Translations under genes and position numbers: made by a program | Shown here: piece by piece, positions 20,305 to 30,713 of the stretch | How the letters are laid out: each line of letters opens with the position of its first letter | Numbering within the stretch: the stretch's first letter is position 1 | The notes under the pieces: model-generated | The model's input: the letters and a program-made list of their open reading frames with translations, nothing else | What the model was told of the DNA's origin: nothing | The model's database searches: none | Source of the DNA: an uncultured Bacteroidales bacterium | GTDB taxonomy: Bacteria; Bacteroidota; Bacteroidia; Bacteroidales; UBA7960 | Reading direction: 5' to 3' | Length of the DNA: 64,000 nucleotides | Assembly (NCBI GenBank): GCA_964614525.1 | Contig: CAZTPA010000003.1 | Coordinates: forward strand, 40,136-104,135

Positions 20305-21534
20305 ATGATAATTATGAAATATTTTCCTAAAGCTTCACTTATACTACTGTTTTCTGTAATAGCGATATTCTTTTTTTCTTGCACTACGCAAGAGAAAGAG
20401 TCTTATGTTGTTATGCTTTCTATGGATGGTACTCGCTGGGATTATCCTGAAAGAGCAAATACTCCTAATCTTGATGCAATTGCCGAAAATGGAGTTAAAG
20501 CAGAATATGTAATTCCTGCTTTTCCTACCAAAACTTTTCCTAATCATTATACTATGGCAACAGGATTGTATCCTAACAATCACGGGATTGTTGATAATAG
20601 CTTCTATTGCCCCGATCTTGAACTAAGATATTCAATCGGTAATAGGGAGGCAGTTGAAAATAAAGATTTTTATTTTGGAGAACCTATCTGGGTTACTGCC
20701 GAAAAACAGGGTGTAACAGCTGCATCTTATTTCTGGGTTGGCTCCGAAGCTCCTGTTAAAGATATTCAACCGACTTATTGGAAATCTTATGATCCAAGTA
20801 CTTCTTTTGCAAGCAGAATAGATAGTGTTATTTACTGGCTTTCTTTGCCCGAAATTGAAAGACCCAGATTAGTTATGCTTTATTTTGACGAACCCGATGG
20901 TAAAGGACATAAGGCAGGACCGGACAGCAAAGAAATTGATGTGCTGATGAATCATCTGGACTCACTCGTTGGAGTATTACACAAAGGCCTCAGCAAACTT
21001 CCAATTGCAGGTAATATTAATTTAATTGTTACTTCTGATCATGGTATGACTGCCGTGTCTGCCGACAGATATGTAAATCTGCTGGATCACATTGACAGAA
21101 GTTGGATTAAATATTATCAGGGTGGAAATCCTATGTATTCATTGGAAATGGAAGAAAATATGACGGATTCAGTTTATAACATTCTAAAAGAAGTAGAACA
21201 TATTAGTGTTTGGAAAAAAGACGAAATACCCGAAAGATTAAATTACGGCAGTAATAAAAGAATTAAAGATATTGTCGTTTTAGCAGATTCCAGTTGGAGC
21301 GTCGGAATAGGAGAGGCAAGAGAGGATTTCTACGCAGGAGCTCATGGCTGGGATAATGCAAATAAAGATATGCACACTATTTTTTATGCTACCGGGCCTG
21401 ATTTTAAAGAAAACTATACTCAGAAAGCATTTGAACTGGTTGATCTTTATCCTTTAATTGCACGTATTCTTAAACTAGAACCCGCAGAAGTTGACGGTAA
21501 AATTGAAAGAGTGGAAACAATGTTAAAGAAGTAA
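20305..21534 (+). CDS. Ectonucleotide pyrophosphatase/phosphodiesterase (NPP, alkaline-phosphatase superfamily) lipoprotein
   Basis: 409 aa with a lipoprotein-type signal (IFFFSCTT). MLSMDGTRWDY...PTKTFPNHYTMATGLYPNNHGIVDN...YFDEPDGKGHKAGP...TSDHGM match NPP metal and nucleophile motifs. An alternative ATG lies at 20314. Confidence 0.85.
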   Translation: MIIMKYFPKASLILLFSVIAIFFFSCTTQEKESYVVMLSMDGTRWDYPERANTPNLDAIAENGVKAEYVIPAFPTKTFPNHYTMATGLYPNNHGIVDNSFYCPDLELRYSIGNREAVENKDFYFGEPIWVTAEKQGVTAASYFWVGSEAPVKDIQPTYWKSYDPSTSFASRIDSVIYWLSLPEIERPRLVMLYFDEPDGKGHKAGPDSKEIDVLMNHLDSLVGVLHKGLSKLPIAGNINLIVTSDHGMTAVSADRYVNLLDHIDRSWIKYYQGGNPMYSLEMEENMTDSVYNILKEVEHISVWKKDEIPERLNYGSNKRIKDIVVLADSSWSVGIGEAREDFYAGAHGWDNANKDMHTIFYATGPDFKENYTQKAFELVDLYPLIARILKLEPAEVDGKIERVETMLKK

Positions 21535-21578
21535 CTTGTTAAACTGTAATTTCTCACTTTTTATATTTTGAAATAATC

Positions 21579-22748
21579 ATGTCAAATAATCTAAAGTACG
21601 ATCGCCGGGGTGTATCAGCATCAAAGGATGACGTTCATAAAGCAATAGAAAATATTGATAAAGGATTATACCCTAATGCCTTTTGTAAAATTATTCCTGA
21701 TATTCTCGGCGGTAATTCCGATTATTGTAATATAATGCATGCTGATGGCGCAGGAACTAAGTCATCATTGGCATATATTTATTGGAAAGAAACCGGTGAT
21801 TTGTCTGTTTGGAAAGGTATTGCACAGGATGCGATTGTTATGAACCTCGACGATCTTATTTGTGTTGGCGCTGTGGATAATATTCTTATGTCTTCTACGA
21901 TCGGAAGAAATCGTCGCTTAATTCCCGGTGAAGTTATTGCTGCCATTATTAAGGGTTCTGAAAGTTTCCTCGAAAGCATGCGTAATTTTGGAATTAATAT
22001 CTATTCTACAGGTGGCGAAACTGCCGATGTTGGTGATCTGGTTAAAACTATTATTGTTGATTCTACTTTTACCGCAAGAATAAAAAGAGCAGATGTTATT
22101 TCAAATGAAAATATTAAAGCGGGAGATGTAATCGTCGGGCTTTCTTCTTATGGGCAAACTTCTTATGAAACTGAATATAACGGTGGAATGGGTAGTAATG
22201 GACTAACTTCAGCCAGACATGATGTGTTTTCTAAAATATATGCTGAAAAATATCCGGAAACTTTTGATAATGCTTTGGATGATGATGTGGTTTATAGCGG
22301 AAGCAAATTGGTTAAAGATAAGGTTCAAGGAGTTCCTCTGGATGCCGGAAAATTGGTCTTATCTCCAACAAGAACTTATGCCCCCGTACTTAAAAAGATT
22401 ATAGAAAACCTGGGAAAAGAAATCCATGGAATGGTTCATTGCAGCGGCGGAGCACAAACTAAAGTTATGAATTTTGTTAGGAATATGCACATAATAAAGG
22501 ATAATATGTTTCCGGTTCCACCACTTTTTGAACTTATTAAAAATGAATCAAATACTCCGTGGAAAGAAATGTATAATGTTTTCAATATGGGACACAGGCT
22601 TGAAATTTTCATTGAGGAAAAGCATGCTGCTGAAATAATCGATATTTCTAAAAGCTTTAATCTTGAAGCTCAAATAATCGGCCGTTGCGAAAAAGCAGAA
22701 TCAAATAAGCTCTCAATTATTACTACAGAAGGAGTCTTTGAGTATTAA
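21579..22748 (+). CDS. purM: Phosphoribosylformylglycinamidine cyclo-ligase (AIR synthase), long Bacteroidota form
   Basis: 389 aa. HADGAGTKS, the DDLICVGA-type PurM N-domain and the HCSGGAQTK C-domain motif are present. Confidence 0.8.
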   Translation: MSNNLKYDRRGVSASKDDVHKAIENIDKGLYPNAFCKIIPDILGGNSDYCNIMHADGAGTKSSLAYIYWKETGDLSVWKGIAQDAIVMNLDDLICVGAVDNILMSSTIGRNRRLIPGEVIAAIIKGSESFLESMRNFGINIYSTGGETADVGDLVKTIIVDSTFTARIKRADVISNENIKAGDVIVGLSSYGQTSYETEYNGGMGSNGLTSARHDVFSKIYAEKYPETFDNALDDDVVYSGSKLVKDKVQGVPLDAGKLVLSPTRTYAPVLKKIIENLGKEIHGMVHCSGGAQTKVMNFVRNMHIIKDNMFPVPPLFELIKNESNTPWKEMYNVFNMGHRLEIFIEEKHAAEIIDISKSFNLEAQIIGRCEKAESNKLSIITTEGVFEY

Positions 22749-22899
22749 ATTAACAAGAATCATTTTTTTCAAAATAATTTTACTGTTCATGTTATTTGTT
22801 TTGATATGGGCTTATTAAAAGGGGATAGTCATTATTTGATGCGCTACAGGAAAACATTCCGCGTAAAAAGCGCATAACATCTGCTAAAATTGCAAAATT

Positions 22900-23089
22900 A
22901 AAACCTTATCAAATTTTCAACCTTAGTAGAGTTTTTTGTTCCCGTAGATTCCAAAACCTTATTACCTTATTTTCTTCAATAATTCAATGAATTTCTCAAA
23001 TAAGGTGCTATTAAAAATCTTTAATAAGGTTGTTGGTTACGGTGGTGTGAATGGTTTCTACTAAGGTTTAAAAAAAAGGATAAGGTTTT
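22900..23089 (+). repeat. 190-nt nested imperfect inverted repeat (rod-like hairpin) in a 567-bp ORF-free gap
   Basis: Perfect reverse-complement pairs: AAAACCTTATC 22900-22910 with GATAAGGTTTT 23079-23089; AACCTTAGTAGA 22919-22930 with TCTACTAAGGTT 23057-23068; AACCTTATT 22955-22963 with AATAAGGTT 23023-23031; ACCTTATTT 22964-22972 with AAATAAGGT 22998-23006. Confidence 0.75.
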
Positions 23090-23285
23090 CTTTGAATAAC
23101 ATATAGTAGATAAATAATTAAAAAACCAAATCTGAAAATTTTATTTTAATATGGTTAATTTTTAGTGCGGCTTTACACAAAATTTAAAATAAAAACACCC
23201 GGCGCATCAAATAATTATTATCCCATTAAAAGCCGCTGTAATTTTTGTGCTATAAATTATATTTCGCAAATTCCATCCCTTTTAG

Positions 23286-23293
23286 TAATTTTG
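23286..23293 (+). promoter_or_regulatory. Bacteroidota-type -7 promoter box (TAnnTTTG) for prfA
   Basis: TAATTTTG lies 23 bp upstream of the prfA ATG. Confidence 0.45.
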
Positions 23294-23315
23294 CACTTTA
23301 TTAAATATACTGTAT

Positions 23316-24389
23316 ATGTTGTTAGAGAAGCTGGAAGCTATAAATTTAAGATTTATTGAAGTTGGTAAGTTAATTACCGATCCGGATGTAATGGCTGATA
23401 TGAAGCGTTATATCCAACTTAGTAAAGAATACAAAGACTTAGAGATTATTGTAGAATTGTATAAAGAATATAAAAATATTACAGAAAATATTACTTCTAC
23501 AAAAGAGATACTCAATAAAGAGAAAGATGAGGAATTTCGCGAAATGGCGAAAGCTGAGTTAGAGGAGCTTTTAGACAGAAAAGATGATTTGGAAAGTAAG
23601 ATTAAGCTTGAACTAGTTCCCAATGATCCTCAGGATTCAAAGAATGCAATTGTTGAAATCAGAGCGGGCACGGGAGGTGATGAAGCTGCTATTTTTGCAG
23701 GTGACCTTTTTAGAATGTATATGAAGTTTTGTGAACGCAAAAAATGGAAAACTGAGATTGTTGATGTAAATGAAGGAACCTCCGGTGGATATAAAGAGGT
23801 AGTTTTTAATGTTATTGGCAATGGTGTTTACGGAGTATTAAAATATGAATCCGGTGTTCACAGAGTTCAGCGTGTTCCTCAAACTGAAACACAGGGCAGG
23901 GTGCATACATCTGCTGCCACTGTTGCAGTGCTTCCTGAAGCTGATGAGTTTGATATCGACTTAAAAATGAGCGATATTAAAAAAGACACATATTGCTCCA
24001 GCGGTCCGGGTGGCCAATCTGTAAATACAACCTATTCTGCTGTTCGCTTAACTCACGAACCTACCGGTATTGTTGTAACCTGTCAGGATCAAAAGTCTCA
24101 GATAAAGAACTTTGATAAAGCATTAAAAGTTTTGCGTACCAGGTTGTTTGACCTTGAATATAAAAAGTATCTTGATGAGATCTCCTCAAAAAGAAAAACA
24201 ATGGTATCTACAGGCGACCGCTCAGCGAAAATCAGAACTTACAATTACCCTCAAGGACGAGTAACAGACCACAGAATTAATCTTACATTATATAATCTGC
24301 CTTCTACTTTAGATGGTGATATTGAAGGCATTATTGACGCTCTTCAGGTTGCCGAAAATGCAGAAAAAATGAAAGAAGGCGTAGCTTAA
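23316..24389 (+). CDS. prfA: Peptide chain release factor 1
   Basis: 357 aa with [11 protein letters not shown] (the GGQ motif), a PQT-like PxT-region tripeptide ([14 protein letters not shown]) and an RF-1 type N-terminus. Confidence 0.95.
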   Translation: MLLEKLEAINLRFIEVGKLITDPDVMADMKRYIQLSKEYKDLEIIVELYKEYKNITENITSTKEILNKEKDEEFREMAKAELEELLDRKDDLESKIKLELVPNDPQDSKNAIVEIRAGTGGDEAAIFAGDLFRMYMKFCERKKWKTEIVDVNEGTSGGYKEVVFNVIGNGVYGVLKYESGVHRVQRVPQTETQGRVHTSAATVAVLPEADEFDIDLKMSDIKKDTYCSSGPGGQSVNTTYSAVRLTHEPTGIVVTCQDQKSQIKNFDKALKVLRTRLFDLEYKKYLDEISSKRKTMVSTGDRSAKIRTYNYPQGRVTDHRINLTLYNLPSTLDGDIEGIIDALQVAENAEKMKEGVA

Positions 24390-24394
24390 TTAAT

Positions 24395-25231
24395 ATGAAC
24401 AGACAGGAATTAGTTGATTTAATATTTGAAAAAAAATCATTTTTGTGCGTCGGACTGGATACGGATATTAATAAAATTCCCGAGTTTTTAAAATCAGAAG
24501 CTGACCCCATTTTTTCTTTTAATAAAGCAATTATTGATGCCACTATTGATCTGGCAATAGCATATAAACCGAATATGGCATTTTATGAATGTCTTGGCAG
24601 CAAAGGATGGAAGAGCCTCGAAAAAACCATGAAATATATAAATTCTAAAGAATCAAAGGTTTTTACTATTGCTGATGCAAAAAGAGGAGATATTGGCAAT
24701 ACTGCTGCAATGTATGCAAATGCATTTTTTGACGTACTGAATTTTGACGCGATTACAATAAATCCATATATGGGTGCTGATGCTGTTTCTCCATTTTTGA
24801 ATAAAGATGGTAAATGGGTTATTCTTTTAGCTCTTACGTCTAACAAGAGTGCTGATGATTTTCAGAAATTACAAATAAATAAAAGCTCAGGCGGAAAACA
24901 ATTATTTGAAGTTGTTATTGAAAAGGCTTTACAATGGGGAAATGATGATAATTTAATGTTTGTTGTTGGTGCCACTCAATCTGAAATGCTTAAATCTATT
25001 AGGAATATTTTGCCAAATTCTTTTTTGTTAATACCTGGAGTGGGGGCACAGGGTGGAAATCTTGAAGAGGTTGTTAAATATGGAATGACAAAGGATTGCG
25101 GATTGCTTGTCAATGCTTCCAGAAGTATAATTTATGCCGGAAATGGCAGTGATTATGCTGAAAAAGCAAAAGAAGCAGCATCTAAAATACAATCAGAAAT
25201 GAAAACATTTTTAACTGCTCATTCGTATTAA
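24395..25231 (+). CDS. pyrF: Orotidine 5'-phosphate decarboxylase (type 2)
   Basis: 278 aa with [31 protein letters not shown] and IPGVGAQGG. Confidence 0.9.
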   Translation: MNRQELVDLIFEKKSFLCVGLDTDINKIPEFLKSEADPIFSFNKAIIDATIDLAIAYKPNMAFYECLGSKGWKSLEKTMKYINSKESKVFTIADAKRGDIGNTAAMYANAFFDVLNFDAITINPYMGADAVSPFLNKDGKWVILLALTSNKSADDFQKLQINKSSGGKQLFEVVIEKALQWGNDDNLMFVVGATQSEMLKSIRNILPNSFLLIPGVGAQGGNLEEVVKYGMTKDCGLLVNASRSIIYAGNGSDYAEKAKEAASKIQSEMKTFLTAHSY

Positions 25232-25291
25232 TTTTCTTGCAGATGATTACCTCAGCCAAAATCTTTTATCAGCAATCTAGGCTAAATAATT

Positions 25292-26176
25292 CTAGTGTAA
25301 GTTCTCGTTTTCTAATATCTCTGCCATTTTGGCCCCAATTTCTGCAGGTGAGTCAACGCATGTTATTCTGCATTCGCGTAAAATCTTTTTCTTAGCCTCA
25401 GCAGTATCATCTTTTCCACCAATAATTGCACCTGCATGGCCCATAGTGCGCCCTTTGGGTGCCGTAGCTCCCGCAATGAAGCTTACCACAGGTTTAGTAC
25501 CATTTTCCTTAATCCAGTAGGCTGCCTCAGCTTCCATTCCGCCACCTATTTCTCCTATCATTATTATACCTTCAGTATCAGAGTCATTCATAAATAATTC
25601 TACTGCATCTTTCATACTGGTTCCAAGTACCGGATCTCCGCCAATACCAATGCAGGTTGATTGTCCAAGCCCTGCTTTTGTAACCTGATCAACAGCTTCA
25701 TAAGTTAAGGTTCCTGATCTTGAAACTATTCCAATTGTTCCTTTTCTATGTATAAATCCCGGCATAATCCCAACTTTGCATTCTTCCGGTGTAATTATTC
25801 CGGGACAGTTCGGCCCTATTAGCCTGGTGTTTTTGCCTTTAAGATATTCTTTAACTTCTACCATGTCTTTTACCGGAATTCCCTCTGTAATGCATACAAT
25901 TACTTTTATTCCGGCTTCAGCAGCTTCCATAATTGCATCCGCCGCAAAAGCCGGAGGAACAAATATCAAACTTACATTTGCTTCTTCTATCTCCACAGCT
26001 TCAGAAACAGTATTATATACCGGCCTGTCCAAATGTTTGGTGCCACCCTTACCCGGTGTTACGCCGGCAACAACGTTTGTTCCGTATTCTATCATTTGTT
26101 CTGCATGAAAACTCCCCTCAGAACCGGTAAATCCTTGTACTATTACCCTCGAACCATTGTTAACAAGAATGCTCAT
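25292..26176 (-). CDS. sucD: Succinyl-CoA ligase (ADP-forming) alpha subunit
   Basis: 294 aa with [31 protein letters not shown] and the MGHAGAII phosphohistidine loop. No sucC is adjacent. Confidence 0.95.
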   Translation of the reverse strand: MSILVNNGSRVIVQGFTGSEGSFHAEQMIEYGTNVVAGVTPGKGGTKHLDRPVYNTVSEAVEIEEANVSLIFVPPAFAADAIMEAAEAGIKVIVCITEGIPVKDMVEVKEYLKGKNTRLIGPNCPGIITPEECKVGIMPGFIHRKGTIGIVSRSGTLTYEAVDQVTKAGLGQSTCIGIGGDPVLGTSMKDAVELFMNDSDTEGIIMIGEIGGGMEAEAAYWIKENGTKPVVSFIAGATAPKGRTMGHAGAIIGGKDDTAEAKKKILRECRITCVDSPAEIGAKMAEILENENLH

Positions 26177-26209
26177 AAATCTTTTTATTAGTTATTTACT
26201 TTGTGCTCA

Positions 26210-26217
26210 CAAATTTA
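26210..26217 (-). promoter_or_regulatory. Candidate TAnnTTTG -7 box for sucD
   Basis: The plus strand reads CAAATTTA, which is TAAATTTG on the minus strand, about 34 bp upstream of the sucD start. Confidence 0.35.
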
Positions 26218-26410
26218 ACTTTTATAAGGTAAATATTATTGAGTTTTTTAAAGTTTTTCAAATATTCTTTAATTTCATTTTTTTTTAATATTGCCTCATT
26301 TTGATAAATATTTAAACGATAATTTGATTTTAAATAAAATATTTTATAATATTGAATAAAGTTTATATCGGTATGAAATATCATTATATAATAACTTAAA
26401 TACATTTGCC

Positions 26411-27160
26411 ATGAAATATCAAATTTTATCTTACAGTAAAAATGTTAGAAAGTATTTGATTAAAGCATTCAAAGCAATATCGCTTATTTCATTATCTGTG
26501 TTCATTCTTTACTCTTGTTCTCCTCCGGTTTATCATCCAAATGTTGTAAATACACCTTTATTAAGTAACAAGCACGAGGTAAATGCTGCTGTAAATATTA
26601 GTGTTTCCGGATTTGAACCTCAGTTTGCTTATGCTCTTACCGATAATTTAGGAATAATGGCCAATGCTTGTTTTAATAAATATTCATCTGAGGAATCTCC
26701 TGATTATCAAAGAATTATTTTAATAGAAGGCGGTGGTGGTTACTTTGGTAAGATTGGGAAATATGGAAGATTTGAGTCTTATGGAGGCTTTGGCTATGGT
26801 GATAACTTTTTTTATTATGATAATGAAAATAATCCATACACAGAGAATGTTCCGTACACAAAGTTTTTTGTGCAAGGAGCTGTAGGTTCTTCTTTGGATT
26901 TTTTTGATGCCGGTATTGGACCCAGGTTTGTTTGGGCAACTGTAAATGATATAAATGGCACATATACAAATATGTATATTGAACCTGTTATAACAGTTAA
27001 GGTAGGTTATAAATACCTTAAGTTTGTTGTTCAGGGTGGCTTTTCTTTTCCTGTTGAAGCTGCCTCGCCATATGCCGATGCAAGATTTCATCAGCCGATT
27101 CTCTTTTCTTTCGGACTCCAAGCAAATCTTAATAAAATTTATGATAAAACTTCAAAATAG
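26411..27160 (+). CDS. Hypothetical lipoprotein, probable small beta-barrel or outer-membrane protein
   Basis: 249 aa with a lipobox-like SVFILYSC. It is Gly/Tyr/Phe-rich with alternating segments (GGGGYFGKIGKYGRFESYGGFGYG) and ends in an aromatic-rich beta-strand-like C-terminus. Confidence 0.4.
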   Translation: MKYQILSYSKNVRKYLIKAFKAISLISLSVFILYSCSPPVYHPNVVNTPLLSNKHEVNAAVNISVSGFEPQFAYALTDNLGIMANACFNKYSSEESPDYQRIILIEGGGGYFGKIGKYGRFESYGGFGYGDNFFYYDNENNPYTENVPYTKFFVQGAVGSSLDFFDAGIGPRFVWATVNDINGTYTNMYIEPVITVKVGYKYLKFVVQGGFSFPVEAASPYADARFHQPILFSFGLQANLNKIYDKTSK

Positions 27161-27262
27161 GTCGAAAATTATTTTCTGCTACTTTGTACCTATATTATAA
27201 GGATTTTTGTATTTACTTTCATTATCTGAAAATCCTTTCTTTGCTAATTATCATAATTCAGT

Positions 27263-27270
27263 TATTTTTG
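27263..27270 (+). promoter_or_regulatory. Candidate TAnnTTTG -7 box upstream of the transketolase C-half gene
   Basis: TATTTTTG lies 64 bp upstream of the ATG at 27334. It is followed immediately by the hairpin AAGTCAAA-ataaaaa-TTTGACTT (27274-27296). Confidence 0.4.
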
Positions 27271-27333
27271 CAAAAGTCAAAATAAAAATTTGACTTTGCA
27301 TTTATTATTATTCTTAAATTATCCCCATTTATA

Positions 27334-28290
27334 ATGAAAAAAATTACATACTCGGAAAAAAAAGATACACGCTCTGGTTTTGGTGATGGACTTCTTGAAG
27401 CAGCGAAAAAGAACAGTAATATTGTTGGCCTTTGTGCCGACCTCACAGGTTCATTAAAAATGAATGCATTTCAAGATGAATTTCCCGACAGATTTATCCA
27501 AACAGGTATTGCTGAAGCTAATATGATGGGAGTTGCTGCAGGCCTCGCTATAGGTGGTAAAATTCCTTTTGCAGGAACCTTTGCTAATTTTGCTACCGGC
27601 AGAGTTTATGACCAGGTGAGACAATCTATTGCATATTCCAATAAAAATGTAAAAATATGTGCTTCACACGCAGGTATCACTCTGGGGGAAGATGGCGCTA
27701 CGCATCAAATACTTGAAGATATCGGACTGATGAAAATGTTACCTAATATGACAGTTATTGTTCCCTGCGATTATCAGCAAACAAAAGATGCAACAATAGC
27801 AATTGCTGATTATGAAGGTCCTGTATATCTGAGGTTCGGGAGGCCAAAAGTACCGGTGTTTTCTCAAAATCTGCCCAAATTTGAAATTGGTAAAGCACAA
27901 CTTATTAACGAGGGAAAAGATGTGACAATTTTTGCATGCGGACATTTAGTCTGGAAAGCTATTGAGGCAGGCGAAATCCTTGCCGAAAAAGGTATTAATG
28001 CTGAGATAATTAATATCCATACAATTAAACCCTTGGACGAAAAAGCAGTCTTACAATCAGTTAATAAAACAAAATGTGTTGTTACAGCTGAAGAACATCA
28101 AGCTAATGGTGGCCTTGGAGATTTAATTGCTCAAACATTGGTTAAAAATTCTCCAATGCCATTAGAAATGGTCGCAGTTTTTGATGAGTTTGGTGAAAGT
28201 GGGACACCGGATGAGCTTATGAAAAAATATGGTCTCGATACTTCTAATATTGTTGATGCTGCTTTGAAAGTAATAGCAAGAAAAAAGTAA
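27334..28290 (+). CDS. Transketolase, C-terminal (pyrimidine-binding plus C-terminal domain) subunit of a split enzyme
   Basis: 318 aa with [37 protein letters not shown] and YLRFGR. The N-terminal TPP-binding half is absent. Confidence 0.85.
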   Translation: MKKITYSEKKDTRSGFGDGLLEAAKKNSNIVGLCADLTGSLKMNAFQDEFPDRFIQTGIAEANMMGVAAGLAIGGKIPFAGTFANFATGRVYDQVRQSIAYSNKNVKICASHAGITLGEDGATHQILEDIGLMKMLPNMTVIVPCDYQQTKDATIAIADYEGPVYLRFGRPKVPVFSQNLPKFEIGKAQLINEGKDVTIFACGHLVWKAIEAGEILAEKGINAEIINIHTIKPLDEKAVLQSVNKTKCVVTAEEHQANGGLGDLIAQTLVKNSPMPLEMVAVFDEFGESGTPDELMKKYGLDTSNIVDAALKVIARKK

Positions 28291-28294
28291 TTTT

Positions 28295-28849
28295 TTGCTG
28301 ATGGATCAATACTCAGATGACGAATTAATCGATTTGTTTCATAATTCGGATAATGCCAATTATGCTTTTAGCCTTATCGTTAAAAAGTATCAAACTCAGG
28401 TTTATTGGCATGTTCGTCGTATGATTGTTGATCATGAAGATACCTCAGATATTGTACAGGATGTTTTTGTTAAAGCCTGGAAAGCCCTTGGCAATTTTAG
28501 AAATGACTCTGCCCTTTATACTTGGCTATATAGAATTGCCACAAATGAAGCTATCACTTTTCTAAACAAAAAGAAAAAAAGGTTTTTGATTTCTTTTAAT
28601 GATGTTGAACATGCATTGTCTGAGAAACTTGAAAATGATGCGTATTTTGATGGTGATGAAATTCAAAAAAAACTTCAAAAAGCAATTCTTACATTGCCCC
28701 CGAAACAAAGAGCAGTCTTCAATATGAGATATTTTGATGAAATGAAATATGAAGATATGGCCAAAGTGCTTAAAAAATCTACAGGTGCACTGAAAGCAAA
28801 TTATCATCATGCTGCAAGTAAAATTGAAGATTATTTGAAAAATAATTAA
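28295..28849 (+). CDS. ECF-type RNA polymerase sigma-70 family factor
   Basis: 184 aa. Region 2 is DIVQDVFVKAWKAL..YTWLYRIATNEAI and region 4 is LPPKQRAVFNMRYFDEMKYEDMAKVL. The track start is TTG; an ATG at 28301 is likely. Confidence 0.85.
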   Translation: MLMDQYSDDELIDLFHNSDNANYAFSLIVKKYQTQVYWHVRRMIVDHEDTSDIVQDVFVKAWKALGNFRNDSALYTWLYRIATNEAITFLNKKKKRFLISFNDVEHALSEKLENDAYFDGDEIQKKLQKAILTLPPKQRAVFNMRYFDEMKYEDMAKVLKKSTGALKANYHHAASKIEDYLKNN

Positions 28850-28893
28850 ACTTTTATGATTTTTTATAGTCAAAACAATGACAGCAAATAAAA

Positions 28894-29388
28894 ATGGAAA
28901 AAGATAAAAACATAAGAAAAGAAATTGAAAAATTTTCGGAATTGTCCTCAATACCGAAACAAAATCCTTTTGTTGTTCCTGAAAACTATTTCGAAACATT
29001 GTCTCAGGATATCAATAAAAGAATTCATAAAACCAAAAGCCCATCTCTTATCTCAGCTTTGTTTCCACGCCGGGCGAGAATAGCTTTGGTAACTCTATCA
29101 GCAATGCTGGTATTGGCTTTCGGCTTTTTCTGGATGTTTAATTCTCTTAATAATGAACAAGCAATTGATGATAGCTTTCTTGAAGAATACCTGGTAAGTT
29201 ATTACGAATATAATCCATCCGTTTTTTATCAGGAGGTATATAATGATGAATTTTATGAAAATGATCAACTGGAAGTTGTTCCACAAAGTGATGAAGAAGA
29301 GGAATTGCTGGATTATATTATGAATAATGCAAATTTCTATATGATGAGTACTGACGATTTTGATGAAGATGACGAAAATATTCAATAA
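28894..29388 (+). CDS. Putative anti-sigma factor (single-pass membrane protein)
   Basis: 164 aa, located directly after the ECF sigma gene. It has one TM helix (IALVTLSAMLVLAFGFFWMF) and an acidic C-terminal tail. The call rests on position and topology only. Confidence 0.35.
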   Translation: MEKDKNIRKEIEKFSELSSIPKQNPFVVPENYFETLSQDINKRIHKTKSPSLISALFPRRARIALVTLSAMLVLAFGFFWMFNSLNNEQAIDDSFLEEYLVSYYEYNPSVFYQEVYNDEFYENDQLEVVPQSDEEEELLDYIMNNANFYMMSTDDFDEDDENIQ

Positions 29389-29463
29389 AGATTTTTAATT
29401 ATTATAATAAATTTCAAATGACTAAATTTGTTTATATGTTATTATTATAGAAATAAAAAAATT

Positions 29464-29958
29464 ATGAAAACTTTTGTGAAAAATAAATTACCCTCAGTTT
29501 TATTCGCATTTTTAATGCTGATGATTTCTGTTAATCTTATTGCTCAACCGGGACATGGCAAAAGATTTGAGCAAAAACATGAAAAAATTAAAGCAAGAAA
29601 AATTGCTTATATAACGCAAAAGATGGATTTGACTACAGATGAAGCTCAAAAATTCTGGCCTTTATATAATGAATTTGACAGTAAAAGAGAAAGCTTAATG
29701 CATGGAAAATCTTTTAGTAACGACCCTGACTTTAATATTGACGACATGACGGATGAAGAGCTTCTGGATTATATGGATAAGGAAATCGCAAATGCTGAGG
29801 AGCTTGTTAGCTTAAGACGAGAATACCATGAAAAGTACCTTCAGATATTACCTCCAAAAAAAGTAGCCCTGCTTTATAAAGCCGAAAAAGATTTTAACAG
29901 GGAATTATTCCGCGAAATGAGGCAAAGAGGACATATGAAAAAAAGACCGGGCAATTAA
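29464..29958 (+). CDS. Secreted helical protein, Spy/CpxP-like third member of the ECF module (hypothetical)
   Basis: It has a signal peptide (MKTFVKNKLPSVLFAFLMLMISVNLIAQ) followed by a charged helical region with an LTTDEAQKFWPLYNEF-type motif. The track ORF starts earlier at a non-ATG codon (29428). Confidence 0.4.
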   Translation: MKTFVKNKLPSVLFAFLMLMISVNLIAQPGHGKRFEQKHEKIKARKIAYITQKMDLTTDEAQKFWPLYNEFDSKRESLMHGKSFSNDPDFNIDDMTDEELLDYMDKEIANAEELVSLRREYHEKYLQILPPKKVALLYKAEKDFNRELFREMRQRGHMKKRPGN

Positions 29959-29983
29959 AATGCACGGCCTTTTTTTAATTTAT

Positions 29984-30523
29984 TTATATCTCTTCCTTAG
30001 GCTTTCTCTTTAAGAATATTGAAATAATCAGGGAGAAAATAAAACTCATAAATGTATAATTAAATATTGAGACTATTGGTAGCATTATTGGATTTGTAAA
30101 TATTTTTGTCATTTTTAATGCCATATCCAATTCAGCAGTTGAAATGTTTGGATTCTGCATTAAAATTGTTTCCTCAGCTTTTATTAGAATTTCATCAATC
30201 ACTTCAGGCCCTATTGCATAAAAAAACAAAAATGCATAAACAGCATAAAAAATCCCCGCAAATAAACCTATCAATGTTCCTAGTCCCAATGATTTTCCAT
30301 AAGAAATATAACCATCATTGACTTCATTCCTGTATTTAATTATTCCAATAATTAATACAGCTATAATAACCGGGTAAGAAATCCATCCAGCATATCTGCT
30401 CGTTGCATTTCCTGTAAGATAAAAAATTAAACTTATTAGAATTAACCCAAATGCTAATATTAAACCATATTGCAATGCCGGTTTTGCCAATCCTTGTTTT
30501 TTTATTTCATTTTCGTTTTCCAT
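29984..30523 (-). CDS. DUF4199-like small polytopic membrane protein
   Basis: 179 aa with 4 TM segments. The PALQYGLILAFGLILISLIFYLTG opening is typical of Bacteroidota DUF4199 proteins. Confidence 0.5.
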   Translation of the reverse strand: MENENEIKKQGLAKPALQYGLILAFGLILISLIFYLTGNATSRYAGWISYPVIIAVLIIGIIKYRNEVNDGYISYGKSLGLGTLIGLFAGIFYAVYAFLFFYAIGPEVIDEILIKAEETILMQNPNISTAELDMALKMTKIFTNPIMLPIVSIFNYTFMSFIFSLIISIFLKRKPKEEI

Positions 30524-30700
30524 GTTTTTTGATTTTTTGGTTTATGCAAATATAAATTAAAATCCAATATTTGCATAGAATGTTAGTGAGATTGAAATAA
30601 ATATTATTGCTAATATCCTAATATCCAATTTAGTATTGTTGATTTGCCATCTTTTGTTTATCTATTCTGAAATTAAATTTTTTATTACTCAATTTTTTTG

Positions 30701-30708
30701 TAATTTTG
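30701..30708 (+). promoter_or_regulatory. TAnnTTTG -7 box for the SRP RNA gene
   Basis: TAATTTTG lies 6 nt upstream of the predicted RNA 5' end. Confidence 0.5.
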
Positions 30709-30713
30709 CACCC

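Noticed and set aside
23165-23359. 64-aa ORF spanning the end of the long purM-prfA gap and the prfA start
   Set aside because: It has a non-ATG start and overlaps both the prfA promoter box and the first codons of prfA in another frame. Its product is low-complexity.
26196-26405. 69-aa minus-strand ORF in the sucD upstream gap
   Set aside because: The ORF is extremely AT-rich (Ile/Asn/Lys/Tyr) and sits in the divergent promoter region. It has no start context or motif, so it is most likely non-coding.
28562-28999. 145-aa minus-strand ORF across the sigma-factor 3' end and the anti-sigma 5' end; similarly 29098-29385
   Set aside because: It lies antisense to two well-supported plus-strand genes, and its Phe/Ile/Lys-rich translation is typical of reverse frames.
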